Origin: a virus | Taxonomy: Duplodnaviria; Caudoviricetes | Reading direction: 5' to 3' (one strand) | DNA: 24,531 nt | IMG/VR virus record: IMGVR_UViG_3300032283_000229 | Location: 1-24,531 of that record | Shown: piece after piece, positions 17,650 to 24,531 of the stretch | How the letters are laid out: the number at the start of each line of letters is the position of its first letter | How positions within the stretch are numbered: the stretch's first letter is position 1 | Notes under the pieces: model-generated | Databases searched by the model: none | The model's input: the letters and a program-made list of their open reading frames with translations, nothing else | What the model was told of the DNA's origin: nothing | Position numbers and translations under genes: made by a program

Positions 17650-18846
17650 TTATCCTACATATAATCTTAAAGGAACTTTTCTTAACATTTCTTGATGATG
17701 TGTAGATTCATGTGCTTTGTTTTCCATCACATTCTTTCTACTCATCTCATCTAAGTTTTCTCTCAATTGAGTAATCAACATATCCTTTTCAACCTGTGCT
17801 TCTGCCCTCAATGCTGCCCCATCCAGAGAGATTTCTGCATCAGGTATAGGAATAGATGAATACTTCTCTCTTATTGCCCCTAGCAACTCCTTAGAGAGTG
17901 CTAAAGTATACTTTCTAATCCATTGTACACCAACATCATTTATGTTTGAATACTGAATAAAATCATATGGAATATCTGAATAATCCGAAAGTGAATCTGC
18001 TTGAATAGTTTGTGAATCATGTTCAAATTCATCTCTACTTATATACTCAAAGTATATTCTATCTGGATGATTTATAGCAGGAACAGGAAATATTTCTAAT
18101 TTATTATCTACAATATTAAATGAATGTGCTGATTTACGAATGTGGTCATTAAATTCAATATGTTGCATTCTTAGAACATCTTCGTAAAGAGGCATCATTA
18201 AGAATTGTGCTGAAGGAGAGAAATTACCAAATCCCAACTCACTCATTAAATTTAATGTACCTTGTGCTCCAACCGAATATGGGTCAAAGAAACGAGTGAT
18301 TGCAGGAACTGCTTCGTGATAAACTCTCGTTACATCAACAGTTGATGAACCACTAAATATTGTTCCAAATGAACGACCTGTTTCCGCATCGGTTGCACCT
18401 GTCATTAAATCATATATTTGTACAGATGATGTTAATGTTACATATGCTTTTTTAATTCCAGTTGAACCCCCAACTCCTGATAAAGTTCCGTATTGTTGTG
18501 CCATACGAACTGCAGTTGGTAAAAATGAACCATCTACAAGAGTTTGAGAAAAGTTTGCAACTCTTCCTTTAGGTTGTCCTCTCAAAATATCAAGGTTGTT
18601 ACGAAGATTAAATTGATTTACTTGTGCCGAATATTCTGAAACAGATTCTTCAAAACAAGCAAATATTTGGTCATTATCTAATTCAATATTAACAATTGGA
18701 TACCCCAATCTCTTTGCAACCCATGTTGCAGTTTTAGGTGCATCACTTCTAAACCCACTGTCTGAATCATAAATTCCAAAAGGAGTGGATGAACCCGATA
18801 TAAATGAGCCAGATGTTGAACCTGACCAGTATGTGTTTACAGACAT
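17650..18846 (-). CDS. gp13: T4 gp13-like neck (head-tail adaptor) protein
   Basis: 'KRLGYPIVNIELDNDQIFACFEESVSEY' and 'WIRKYTLALSKELLG.IR.KY....P.....LDG..L..EA..EK..L..QL' match the N- and C-terminal signatures of the gp13 family. Confidence 0.85.
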   Translation of the reverse strand: MSVNTYWSGSTSGSFISGSSTPFGIYDSDSGFRSDAPKTATWVAKRLGYPIVNIELDNDQIFACFEESVSEYSAQVNQFNLRNNLDILRGQPKGRVANFSQTLVDGSFLPTAVRMAQQYGTLSGVGGSTGIKKAYVTLTSSVQIYDLMTGATDAETGRSFGTIFSGSSTVDVTRVYHEAVPAITRFFDPYSVGAQGTLNLMSELGFGNFSPSAQFLMMPLYEDVLRMQHIEFNDHIRKSAHSFNIVDNKLEIFPVPAINHPDRIYFEYISRDEFEHDSQTIQADSLSDYSDIPYDFIQYSNINDVGVQWIRKYTLALSKELLGAIREKYSSIPIPDAEISLDGAALRAEAQVEKDMLITQLRENLDEMSRKNVMENKAHESTHHQEMLRKVPLRLYVG

Positions 18847-18870
18847 AATGAAAATTTATAGTTTTACACC

Positions 18871-18879
18871 TATAAATAT
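18871..18879 (-). promoter_or_regulatory. Putative late promoter motif ATATTTATA
   Basis: tataaatat on +, between the capsid terminator and the gp13-like ATG (24 nt upstream of it). Confidence 0.6.
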
Positions 18880-18907
18880 AAGAAATAAAAAAGAACTGAT
18901 ATTCCTA

Positions 18908-18942
18908 TAAAACAAAAAGGGAGAACATTTCTGTCCTCCCTT
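18908..18942 (-). terminator. Rho-independent terminator after the major capsid gene (GAAA tetraloop)
   Basis: Minus strand reads AAGGGAGGACA-GAAA-TGTTCTCCCTT (11 bp including one G-U pair) followed by TTTGTTTT. Confidence 0.9.
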
Positions 18943-18966
18943 AATGGTTACTCTAATTGATTAAGA

Positions 18967-20577
18967 TTAAAGAGTGTTTAATCCATCAACATAAATCTTA
19001 CCGTAGAATTCTGGTCTTACGATTTTCTTAGCGTAACGAGTCATAACACCTCTACGTGGAGTAAAGTTAGTTGGGTCGTACACTAATGGAGTCATAATCA
19101 ACGGAACGTATGGAGCGTAAACCGCACCTGTCTCGAAGAAGTTAGAACCTTTGAAACCTAATAAGATAACGTTCTCAGTCATATAAGGGTTTTTGTAAAC
19201 ATCGTATCTGTTAGAGATTTGTCCGATGTTAGTTACACCTGCTGCGAAAGTTAATGCATCTTTACCAGAGTTTGCAGAGAATCCGTTCATTGATTCTAAG
19301 ATTGTAGCTACGTTTGGAGAAACAACAATAAAGTTTGCTCCACCTCTCATAGTCAATTGGTGAATCTTGTTAGAAATTTTCTGTAATTTGATACCCAAAG
19401 TCTGGAACCAAGTTGATTTAGTGTAAGCAGAAGCTGCTGCTGCATTAGAATCAATTGCGAAACCAGTACCAGTCCAATCGTATCCAACTCTTGCTGACCA
19501 ATATTCAGCAGAGAATGCGTTTTGCTGCAACATCTCTAAAATTTCTAAGTCAATCTCCAATGAGATATACTCAGATAACATTTGAGTTAATTCAGCTTCA
19601 GCATCTACTGAGTGATATGCATTTAAATCTTGTGCTAATTCTGGAGTCCAGATTGCTTTCAATTTACGAGTCTTAGCCACGATAGGCTCAGATTTCAATT
19701 CTAATTCAATTTCTGGAATAGCCAAGTCAGAACCTCTATCTTCAAAGTCACCACGAGAAATATCATCTGGTTGCTTAGAGAATACTAAAGTTTGAGTTAC
19801 TAAATCAGTTGCTGCTAAAACTGCTGAAGAAGAAATGTAGAAAGATGCAGAACCATTAGTAGCTAATGTAGTCAATTCTGGGAATTGAGTTGTGTTAGTA
19901 GAACCTGAGATTCTAAATGCTCTTACTCCGTTGTAATCAGCAGTTGATGGTAAACCAACTGTTACTTTTCTCCATCCGTTTGCAGTTGCTGCGAATGATG
20001 CAGATAACGTTTCGTTAGCTATGAAATCACCAGCAGATGCAGAAGCTACAGTTGCAGTAACTTCTACAGTTACATCATTGATTGTATATCCGAAACGTCC
20101 TGCTCCGTAAAGACCACCTTCAGTTGCTTGAGTAGAACCCAATTTGTTACCTGCAGGAGATAAGTTGTCTTTTCCAAAAGTACCACCATTACCGAATAAA
20201 GAAGAACCAGAAGCTGGTCTGTTTAAATCAGTTTGAGTACCATATTTAAAATCCATATAGAAAATAAGACCTGAAGGTAAGTTCATTGGTTGAACCGAAA
20301 CAAATTCTTTTGCTGCGATTGAACCGAAGATACGTCTTACCAAAGGTAAAGCAACACCTGCCCATTCTTCCGAACCTGCTGATGTACCTGTACGAGTTGC
20401 CTCGTCCAATAATTGCTTAGCTTGGTTTTCTAACATTACTGCCATACCATGCTTAGTTGTTTCAGAACCTACTCCTTCAAGTAATCCTGTTTTTTCCCAC
20501 TTGCCTTTCAAACCTCTAGTTTGCTCAAGCATTACGCTCTGTGGGTTAGCACCTGTCATTAATTTTTTTAAGTTCAT
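18967..20577 (-). CDS. gp23: Major capsid protein, T4 gp23-like
   Basis: Motifs 'KW..TGLLEG', 'LENQ', 'LPLVRR', 'SVQPMNLPSGLIF', 'AKTRKLKAIWTPELAQDLNAYHSVDAEAELTQMLSEYISLEIDLEIL' and 'GAVYAPYVPL...DPTNFTPRRGVMTRYA' are diagnostic of the gp23 family. Confidence 0.97.
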   Translation of the reverse strand: MNLKKLMTGANPQSVMLEQTRGLKGKWEKTGLLEGVGSETTKHGMAVMLENQAKQLLDEATRTGTSAGSEEWAGVALPLVRRIFGSIAAKEFVSVQPMNLPSGLIFYMDFKYGTQTDLNRPASGSSLFGNGGTFGKDNLSPAGNKLGSTQATEGGLYGAGRFGYTINDVTVEVTATVASASAGDFIANETLSASFAATANGWRKVTVGLPSTADYNGVRAFRISGSTNTTQFPELTTLATNGSASFYISSSAVLAATDLVTQTLVFSKQPDDISRGDFEDRGSDLAIPEIELELKSEPIVAKTRKLKAIWTPELAQDLNAYHSVDAEAELTQMLSEYISLEIDLEILEMLQQNAFSAEYWSARVGYDWTGTGFAIDSNAAAASAYTKSTWFQTLGIKLQKISNKIHQLTMRGGANFIVVSPNVATILESMNGFSANSGKDALTFAAGVTNIGQISNRYDVYKNPYMTENVILLGFKGSNFFETGAVYAPYVPLIMTPLVYDPTNFTPRRGVMTRYAKKIVRPEFYGKIYVDGLNTL

Positions 20578-20597
20578 TTTGAATTTAATTGTTTTTA

Positions 20598-21926
20598 TTA
20601 TTTAATAATACCAGCTAATTTTTTAAATCTGTTAGCTACTGCAACGGATTCAGAAATTACTTGCTTTTGGATTGATGGTTTAGTAGATTTAACTACTTTA
20701 CTTGCAAATCCTTCTGCGATTGATTTCTTAGCAATTCTGTTTGATGAAGTGTATTTGAAATTCTCTGCTAATGTAGAGTAAACCAATTTAACTTCTCTTA
20801 CTGATTTTGTTCTATCTAAAGTTTCAATTACCTTAATTTTTTGTTCGTTAGTCATGTTGTGAGCTCTGAACAATTTGTTTGCAAATAATAATTTTGCATT
20901 CAATAAGTTTACTTCGTTGATAGTTGATTGTAATGATTTGATAGTTTTGTAAGCTTCGTTTAAGTCTGCTTTCAATTCTTCAGCATCTTCTTCTTCACCT
21001 TCATTTGCTTTATCTTTCAAATCATCTTCCATTTCACGAAGAATTTCTTCTAAGTCAATTACTTTCTCACCATCTGGGTCAGTTCCTGCCTCAGCTCCGT
21101 CAGTATAATCTTCTCTTAATTTTCTACGTGATTCTCTTAATCTTTTAGATTCCATTTTTGGTTCTTCTGTTGCCGGAGCTTCTTCATCACCTTCTAATTC
21201 AGCTAATTGTCTTCTTAATTCTGCAATTTGTGCTGCGTTAGGGTCTTCTGCTGGCATTTCTTCACCATCTTCTTCACCTTCTTCTTCACCTAATTGTGAT
21301 TCCAATTCTCTGATGATAGCTTCTAATCCCATTTCGTCTTCTTCTTCACCTTCCATTGGGTCTTCTTCTGAATCCATTCCATAATCACCCTCCATTGGCT
21401 CTTCATCAGAATCCATTCCGTATGGGTTTTCTTCTTCAGTAGCTGCGAAAGGATTTTCTTCTTCTTCAGAACCATCTCCTTCTAATTCTGCTAATCTAGC
21501 TCTTAATTCAGCTATTTCTTCAGCATTATCATCTTCTTCTTCACCACCAAAGTCATAATCATCTTCTTCGTTGATGTCTGCTACTTTTTCGTAGTCAGTT
21601 CCCGATTGTTCTGGTTTGCCACCATCTTTTGCAACACCTACTGATAAATCAGTATCTGCATATAATGATGGTTGAGAACCCGGTGTTTCTGCTGCATCAG
21701 TTCCAACTTTAGAACCAATACCAGTAGAATCCAATTCTTCATTTGTAGCTTCTTGGTCATCATCCGCTTCCATTTCTTCAGCTTCTGCTCTCATCTTTTG
21801 AGATAAGATAGATTGTAATCTTGGAGTGAATGCTTCTTCAAGTGCTAACTTTGCGTTTGCTAATGCAGTTTCCTTTACGGCTTTAGCATCGGCGATTGCT
21901 TCTTTTAACAATTTTGAGTTTGCCAT
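20598..21926 (-). CDS. Prohead core/scaffold protein (gp22 equivalent)
   Basis: 442 aa, extremely Glu/Asp-rich with coiled-coil segments and many (I/L)xE sites. It is immediately upstream of the capsid gene and ends 'RFKKLAGIIK', a common scaffold C-terminus in large T4-like phages. Confidence 0.8.
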   Translation of the reverse strand: MANSKLLKEAIADAKAVKETALANAKLALEEAFTPRLQSILSQKMRAEAEEMEADDDQEATNEELDSTGIGSKVGTDAAETPGSQPSLYADTDLSVGVAKDGGKPEQSGTDYEKVADINEEDDYDFGGEEEDDNAEEIAELRARLAELEGDGSEEEENPFAATEEENPYGMDSDEEPMEGDYGMDSEEDPMEGEEEDEMGLEAIIRELESQLGEEEGEEDGEEMPAEDPNAAQIAELRRQLAELEGDEEAPATEEPKMESKRLRESRRKLREDYTDGAEAGTDPDGEKVIDLEEILREMEDDLKDKANEGEEEDAEELKADLNEAYKTIKSLQSTINEVNLLNAKLLFANKLFRAHNMTNEQKIKVIETLDRTKSVREVKLVYSTLAENFKYTSSNRIAKKSIAEGFASKVVKSTKPSIQKQVISESVAVANRFKKLAGIIK

Positions 21927-22060
21927 TTATTTTTTTATGATTTACTTGTGAAGTTATTGAATACAACTCCAATGATATTCTGTTGATTGTTCGGTCACTC
22001 CTTATATTAAAGGGTATTCATTAATCAACTCTAAAAAGTAATCCCATATGAATGGGATAT
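21927..22060 (-). other. Long, apparently structured 5' leader of the scaffold-capsid transcript
   Basis: Contains hairpin ATCCCAT/ATGGGAT (22041-22058), stem GTTGATT/AATCAAC (22023-22029 with 21982-21988), internal hairpin CCTT/AAGG (22000-22013) and a crossing pairing TGAATAC/GTATTCA (22014-22020 with 21958-21964). Confidence 0.45.
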
Positions 22061-22065
22061 TTGAT

Positions 22066-22074
22066 AATAAGTAT
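22066..22074 (-). promoter_or_regulatory. Putative late promoter variant ATACTTATT
   Basis: aataagtat on +, one mismatch from the motif at 8330. It lies just after the terminator at 22096-22121, the same arrangement as at 8330 and 18871. Confidence 0.45.
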
Positions 22075-22095
22075 ATAACTTTTTAGAAAACTAAA

Positions 22096-22121
22096 GAAAA
22101 ATTCCAAATTTCTTTGGAATT
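22096..22121 (-). terminator. Probable rho-independent terminator (GAAA tetraloop)
   Basis: Minus strand reads AATTCCAAA-GAAA-TTTGGAATT then TTTCTTT, about 30 nt after the stop of the Dps-like gene. The stem is AT-rich. Confidence 0.7.
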
Positions 22122-22150
22122 ATCAATATTTTTTTGTATATTTGTAGATT

Positions 22151-22522
22151 TTATTGGTGGTTTACCAATTTATATTTAGTAGAATACAATAAAGATACGA
22201 TTGTATCAATGTCGTTTTGTATCCAAGAATCTTGCAATTTAGGATTTGTTCTTAATTTTGCAATTAAATTACAAAGAGTTTCAAAGTAATTAATAATATT
22301 TTTAATATCACTATTTTTATCTAATGTTCCAATTCCTGAAACTTGAATCAAACCTTCTTTACCTTGATATGCTTCAACTAATCCGTCTACTAATCCACCA
22401 ATTGAATCATAATAATTTTGTAATGCAAGATGTGCAGAATGAGAACCAATTCCCTTAACTGCCCAATGGTAAGAATGTGCTTGAGTTCTACTTTGTAATA
22501 ATAAAGATGCTAACTCTTCCAT
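22151..22522 (-). CDS. Dps/ferritin-like four-helix-bundle protein (DUF5856-like)
   Basis: 'QAHSYHW.......SAHLALQNYYD....LVDGLVEAYQG' follows the Dps pattern H-W...H......D...E. The sequence looks all-helical, 123 aa. Confidence 0.7.
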   Translation of the reverse strand: MEELASLLLQSRTQAHSYHWAVKGIGSHSAHLALQNYYDSIGGLVDGLVEAYQGKEGLIQVSGIGTLDKNSDIKNIINYFETLCNLIAKLRTNPKLQDSWIQNDIDTIVSLLYSTKYKLVNHQ

Positions 22523-22960
22523 TTATTTTGTTTTTTTACAAGATTTACATTCTTGTAATCCTAATCTACTTTTCATTACATCTTCCGATACATCTGCTAT
22601 TTCAAAGTATCTTCCTAAAACGTGCCCCATATCTTCATATAGAGATTCTAATCTTTGTTCTTGTGCTTTTGCTTCTAATGATTCTTTTTCAAATGCAGAT
22701 TGTAATTTTTTTAACTCACCCATATTACGTTTAATAGTAACTCTATCAAACCAATCACCACCTTCTCTCAAAGTATATTCTTGTGCTGCATCTGCAATAC
22801 CACCTAAAGTTTCAGCAACTTGTCTGATGTCAGATTTTCTAGTCATTCCTTCTCTATGTTGTCCATAAGTTGAAATGATTTCTAAGAAGTGTCTTTTTAA
22901 TTCAGTTGGGAGTTGTTGAAACTCGTCTGATTCTTTAAGTAAGTCTTTTAAACGTATCAT
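22523..22960 (-). CDS. Hypothetical helical protein, putative internal head/prohead core protein
   Basis: 145 aa, charged and coiled-coil-like. Starts MIRLKDLLKE (candidate protease-cleaved leader) and lies between protease and scaffold. Confidence 0.7.
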   Translation of the reverse strand: MIRLKDLLKESDEFQQLPTELKRHFLEIISTYGQHREGMTRKSDIRQVAETLGGIADAAQEYTLREGGDWFDRVTIKRNMGELKKLQSAFEKESLEAKAQEQRLESLYEDMGHVLGRYFEIADVSEDVMKSRLGLQECKSCKKTK

Positions 22961-22964
22961 AGTA

Positions 22965-23552
22965 TTATTTTCCTAAAATATCTTTTTTCTTAATTTGTTG
23001 AATGTATCTCATTAATTCTTGCTTATCCATTCCCATAGCATCAATTACTTTCGCTAATACAAGAATCTCTTTTTTACGATTAAGATTTAAACCTTTAATT
23101 TGAGATACCATCTTATCTAAATATCTTTCAACATTAACCGGTAACGTTGTATCCAAATCTTCTAATGATTCATTAATACTTTCATTTTTAGAATCATTTG
23201 ATTTTAAATAATCTCTCATTGATTTTTCAATATCATTGATAGTTTTAATTTTACCAGAATCTATATCTGCATTAATTAACTTTGTTAGATAATGCCCCAT
23301 AAGAATACTTGCACCAATGTTAGTTTCACTAGAAATACTTTTAACCATTTCTACCGTTGCACGTTTTAATCTTTCAGGTGTTAATTCCATATTACTCCCA
23401 ATACCTGCAAATAATTTTTTAGCAACAAATTTTAAAACTTTAATACCAGCCCAAGCTAACATTATTCCAATAGCGATTGTTCCAAAATCTTCGTTGATTG
23501 CGGCTTTTTTAACATTAATTTGTTTACCAGGTACTAAATTTACTAGTTTCAT
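22965..23552 (-). CDS. Hypothetical protein, putative internal head protein with a hydrophobic segment
   Basis: 195 aa with INE sites (AAINE, KNESINESLE) and a hydrophobic stretch FGTIAIGIMLAWAGIKVLKFV directly after the first INE. Confidence 0.7.
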   Translation of the reverse strand: MKLVNLVPGKQINVKKAAINEDFGTIAIGIMLAWAGIKVLKFVAKKLFAGIGSNMELTPERLKRATVEMVKSISSETNIGASILMGHYLTKLINADIDSGKIKTINDIEKSMRDYLKSNDSKNESINESLEDLDTTLPVNVERYLDKMVSQIKGLNLNRKKEILVLAKVIDAMGMDKQELMRYIQQIKKKDILGK

Positions 23553-23573
23553 ATTTGTATTAGTTTAATTATG

Positions 23574-24164
23574 TTAGTTTAATTCTATTAATATTTCTCT
23601 CATTAAATCTTGTGCTTTACACCATTTACCACATTCATCTGCAATCTTCTTCCATTGTTTAGATTCGTTTACAGGTGCCATAAATGCTCCATGTGTAGAT
23701 GGGTTTGAAACAAAATCCCAACCTACTAATTCAAAGTCTTCCTGAACCATTACAGTACCATCTCTTAATTCTTTTACTGAACCTAATCCTCTTGATGAAA
23801 TACCTAAACGGATGTTGTTCTTTAATAATTCTTTTAGGATGTTACCCGATGGTGTAGAAAGGATTTCAACCGTTCCACAAACATCATCACCTTCCCAATA
23901 GATTTCTCTAACGTTGTGTGATACATTCTTTAAGTTGATAACCGGAGAATCTGGATGGTCTAATTCACCTAATGCTCTTCTTTCGTTAATAAGTTGTTGG
24001 TATTTTTTACATTCTCTTTCAAGAATTTCTTTAGGGTATCTTCTACCATTTTGATTTTCCGCGCCTGCTCTTTGCAAAACACCTTTAACAAGTAAAGTAC
24101 CGTTAGATTCTTCTTGTATTTTTGCTTCAAACAAATGCGTTTCTATCAATAATCCTTTGCTCAT
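23574..24164 (-). CDS. gp21: Prohead core protease, T4 gp21-like
   Basis: 'NQNGRRYP', 'ALGELDHP' (catalytic His), 'NVSH', 'TPSG', 'LGISSRGLGS' (catalytic Ser) and 'DFVSNPS' are diagnostic. Confidence 0.95.
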   Translation of the reverse strand: MSKGLLIETHLFEAKIQEESNGTLLVKGVLQRAGAENQNGRRYPKEILERECKKYQQLINERRALGELDHPDSPVINLKNVSHNVREIYWEGDDVCGTVEILSTPSGNILKELLKNNIRLGISSRGLGSVKELRDGTVMVQEDFELVGWDFVSNPSTHGAFMAPVNESKQWKKIADECGKWCKAQDLMREILIELN

Positions 24165-24531
24165 TACTTTAATTTTAAACTACGTTGTGCGTTAGTTAAT
24201 CCATCAATTATTGATTGTAAACCACCTTTAACACCATCAGTATCTCTATCTTTAACTCTTTTATCTAAAATCTTTGTATTCATTTTTAGAAAGTTAATGA
24301 TTGCGTTTTCAACTGCATTCCATTTAATTTCTTCTTCGTTTATAGATTCGTTTTTTGTTGTAGGTCTTAAAACTTGCAAATCACCACGATTAGAAGCTTG
24401 TGTAGAAAGTGATAATTCAGATTTTGCACCATCTTCCCATTTTATACTACTTCCGTTGATAACTCCGTTGTAATATTTATTTTTACGAGCATCAATTACC
24501 ATTCTAATTTTATCTCCGTTTTGTAATCTAG
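24164..24531 (-). CDS. Partial CDS (5' end beyond the window), putative internal head protein
   Basis: The frame stays open upstream of the track's Met to the window edge (...RLQNGDKIR-MVIDARK...), so the true start is probably outside. Contains 'KNESINEEE', and its stop overlaps the protease ATG (TAATG). Confidence 0.7.
   Translation of the reverse strand, partial: RLQNGDKIRMVIDARKNKYYNGVINGSSIKWEDGAKSELSLSTQASNRGDLQVLRPTTKNESINEEEIKWNAVENAIINFLKMNTKILDKRVKDRDTDGVKGGLQSIIDGLTNAQRSLKLK

Noticed and set aside
21982-22029. Hammerhead ribozyme in the scaffold leader (UAAUGA...CGAAC)
   Set aside because: It does not match the CUGANGA/GAAA core, and no convincing three-stem junction with a cleavage triplet was found.
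177-23568. All plus-strand ORFs in the track (e.g. 4825..5190, 6085..6372, 11053..11310)
   Set aside because: They are short and lie essentially antisense to long, well-supported minus-strand genes. Their EP/EPV repeats are just the reverse complement of TGS codons.
24500-24502. Met at 24502 as the true start of the rightmost ORF
   Set aside because: The frame remains open to the window edge, so the gene most likely begins outside the window.
111-24531. Stop-codon reassignment (no gene ends in TAG; all end in TAA except one TGA)
   Set aside because: Genes tile the window almost without gaps under the standard code and conserved proteins are full length. TAA preference is expected in AT-rich DNA.

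Overview
This AT-rich window comes from the virion morphogenesis region of a large, divergent T4-like tailed phage (probably a myovirus). All real genes lie on the minus strand. In transcription order (right to left) they are: a 5'-truncated putative internal head protein, a gp21-like prohead protease, two small putative internal head proteins, a Dps/ferritin-like protein, an acidic scaffold (gp22 equivalent), the gp23-like major capsid protein, gp13/gp14/gp15-like neck and tail-terminator proteins, and two small beta-domain proteins. These are followed by about 15 kb of fibre/appendage genes: a fibrinogen-like protein, three large Ser/Thr/Gly-rich mosaic fibres sharing duplicated modules, LamG-like lectin proteins and a collagen-like protein. 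Three intrinsic terminators with UUCG/GAAA tetraloops are visible. Most interesting are (1) a recurrent intergenic motif ATA(T/C)TTAT(A/T), essentially the reverse complement of the T4 late promoter; (2) a long leader before the scaffold/capsid genes with pseudoknot or kissing-loop potential; (3) an [S/T]-G-S / S-A-S tripeptide enriched in predicted outer virion proteins, possibly a modification sequon; and (4) extensive module shuffling among the fibres. All family assignments rest on motif recognition by eye, with no database searches.
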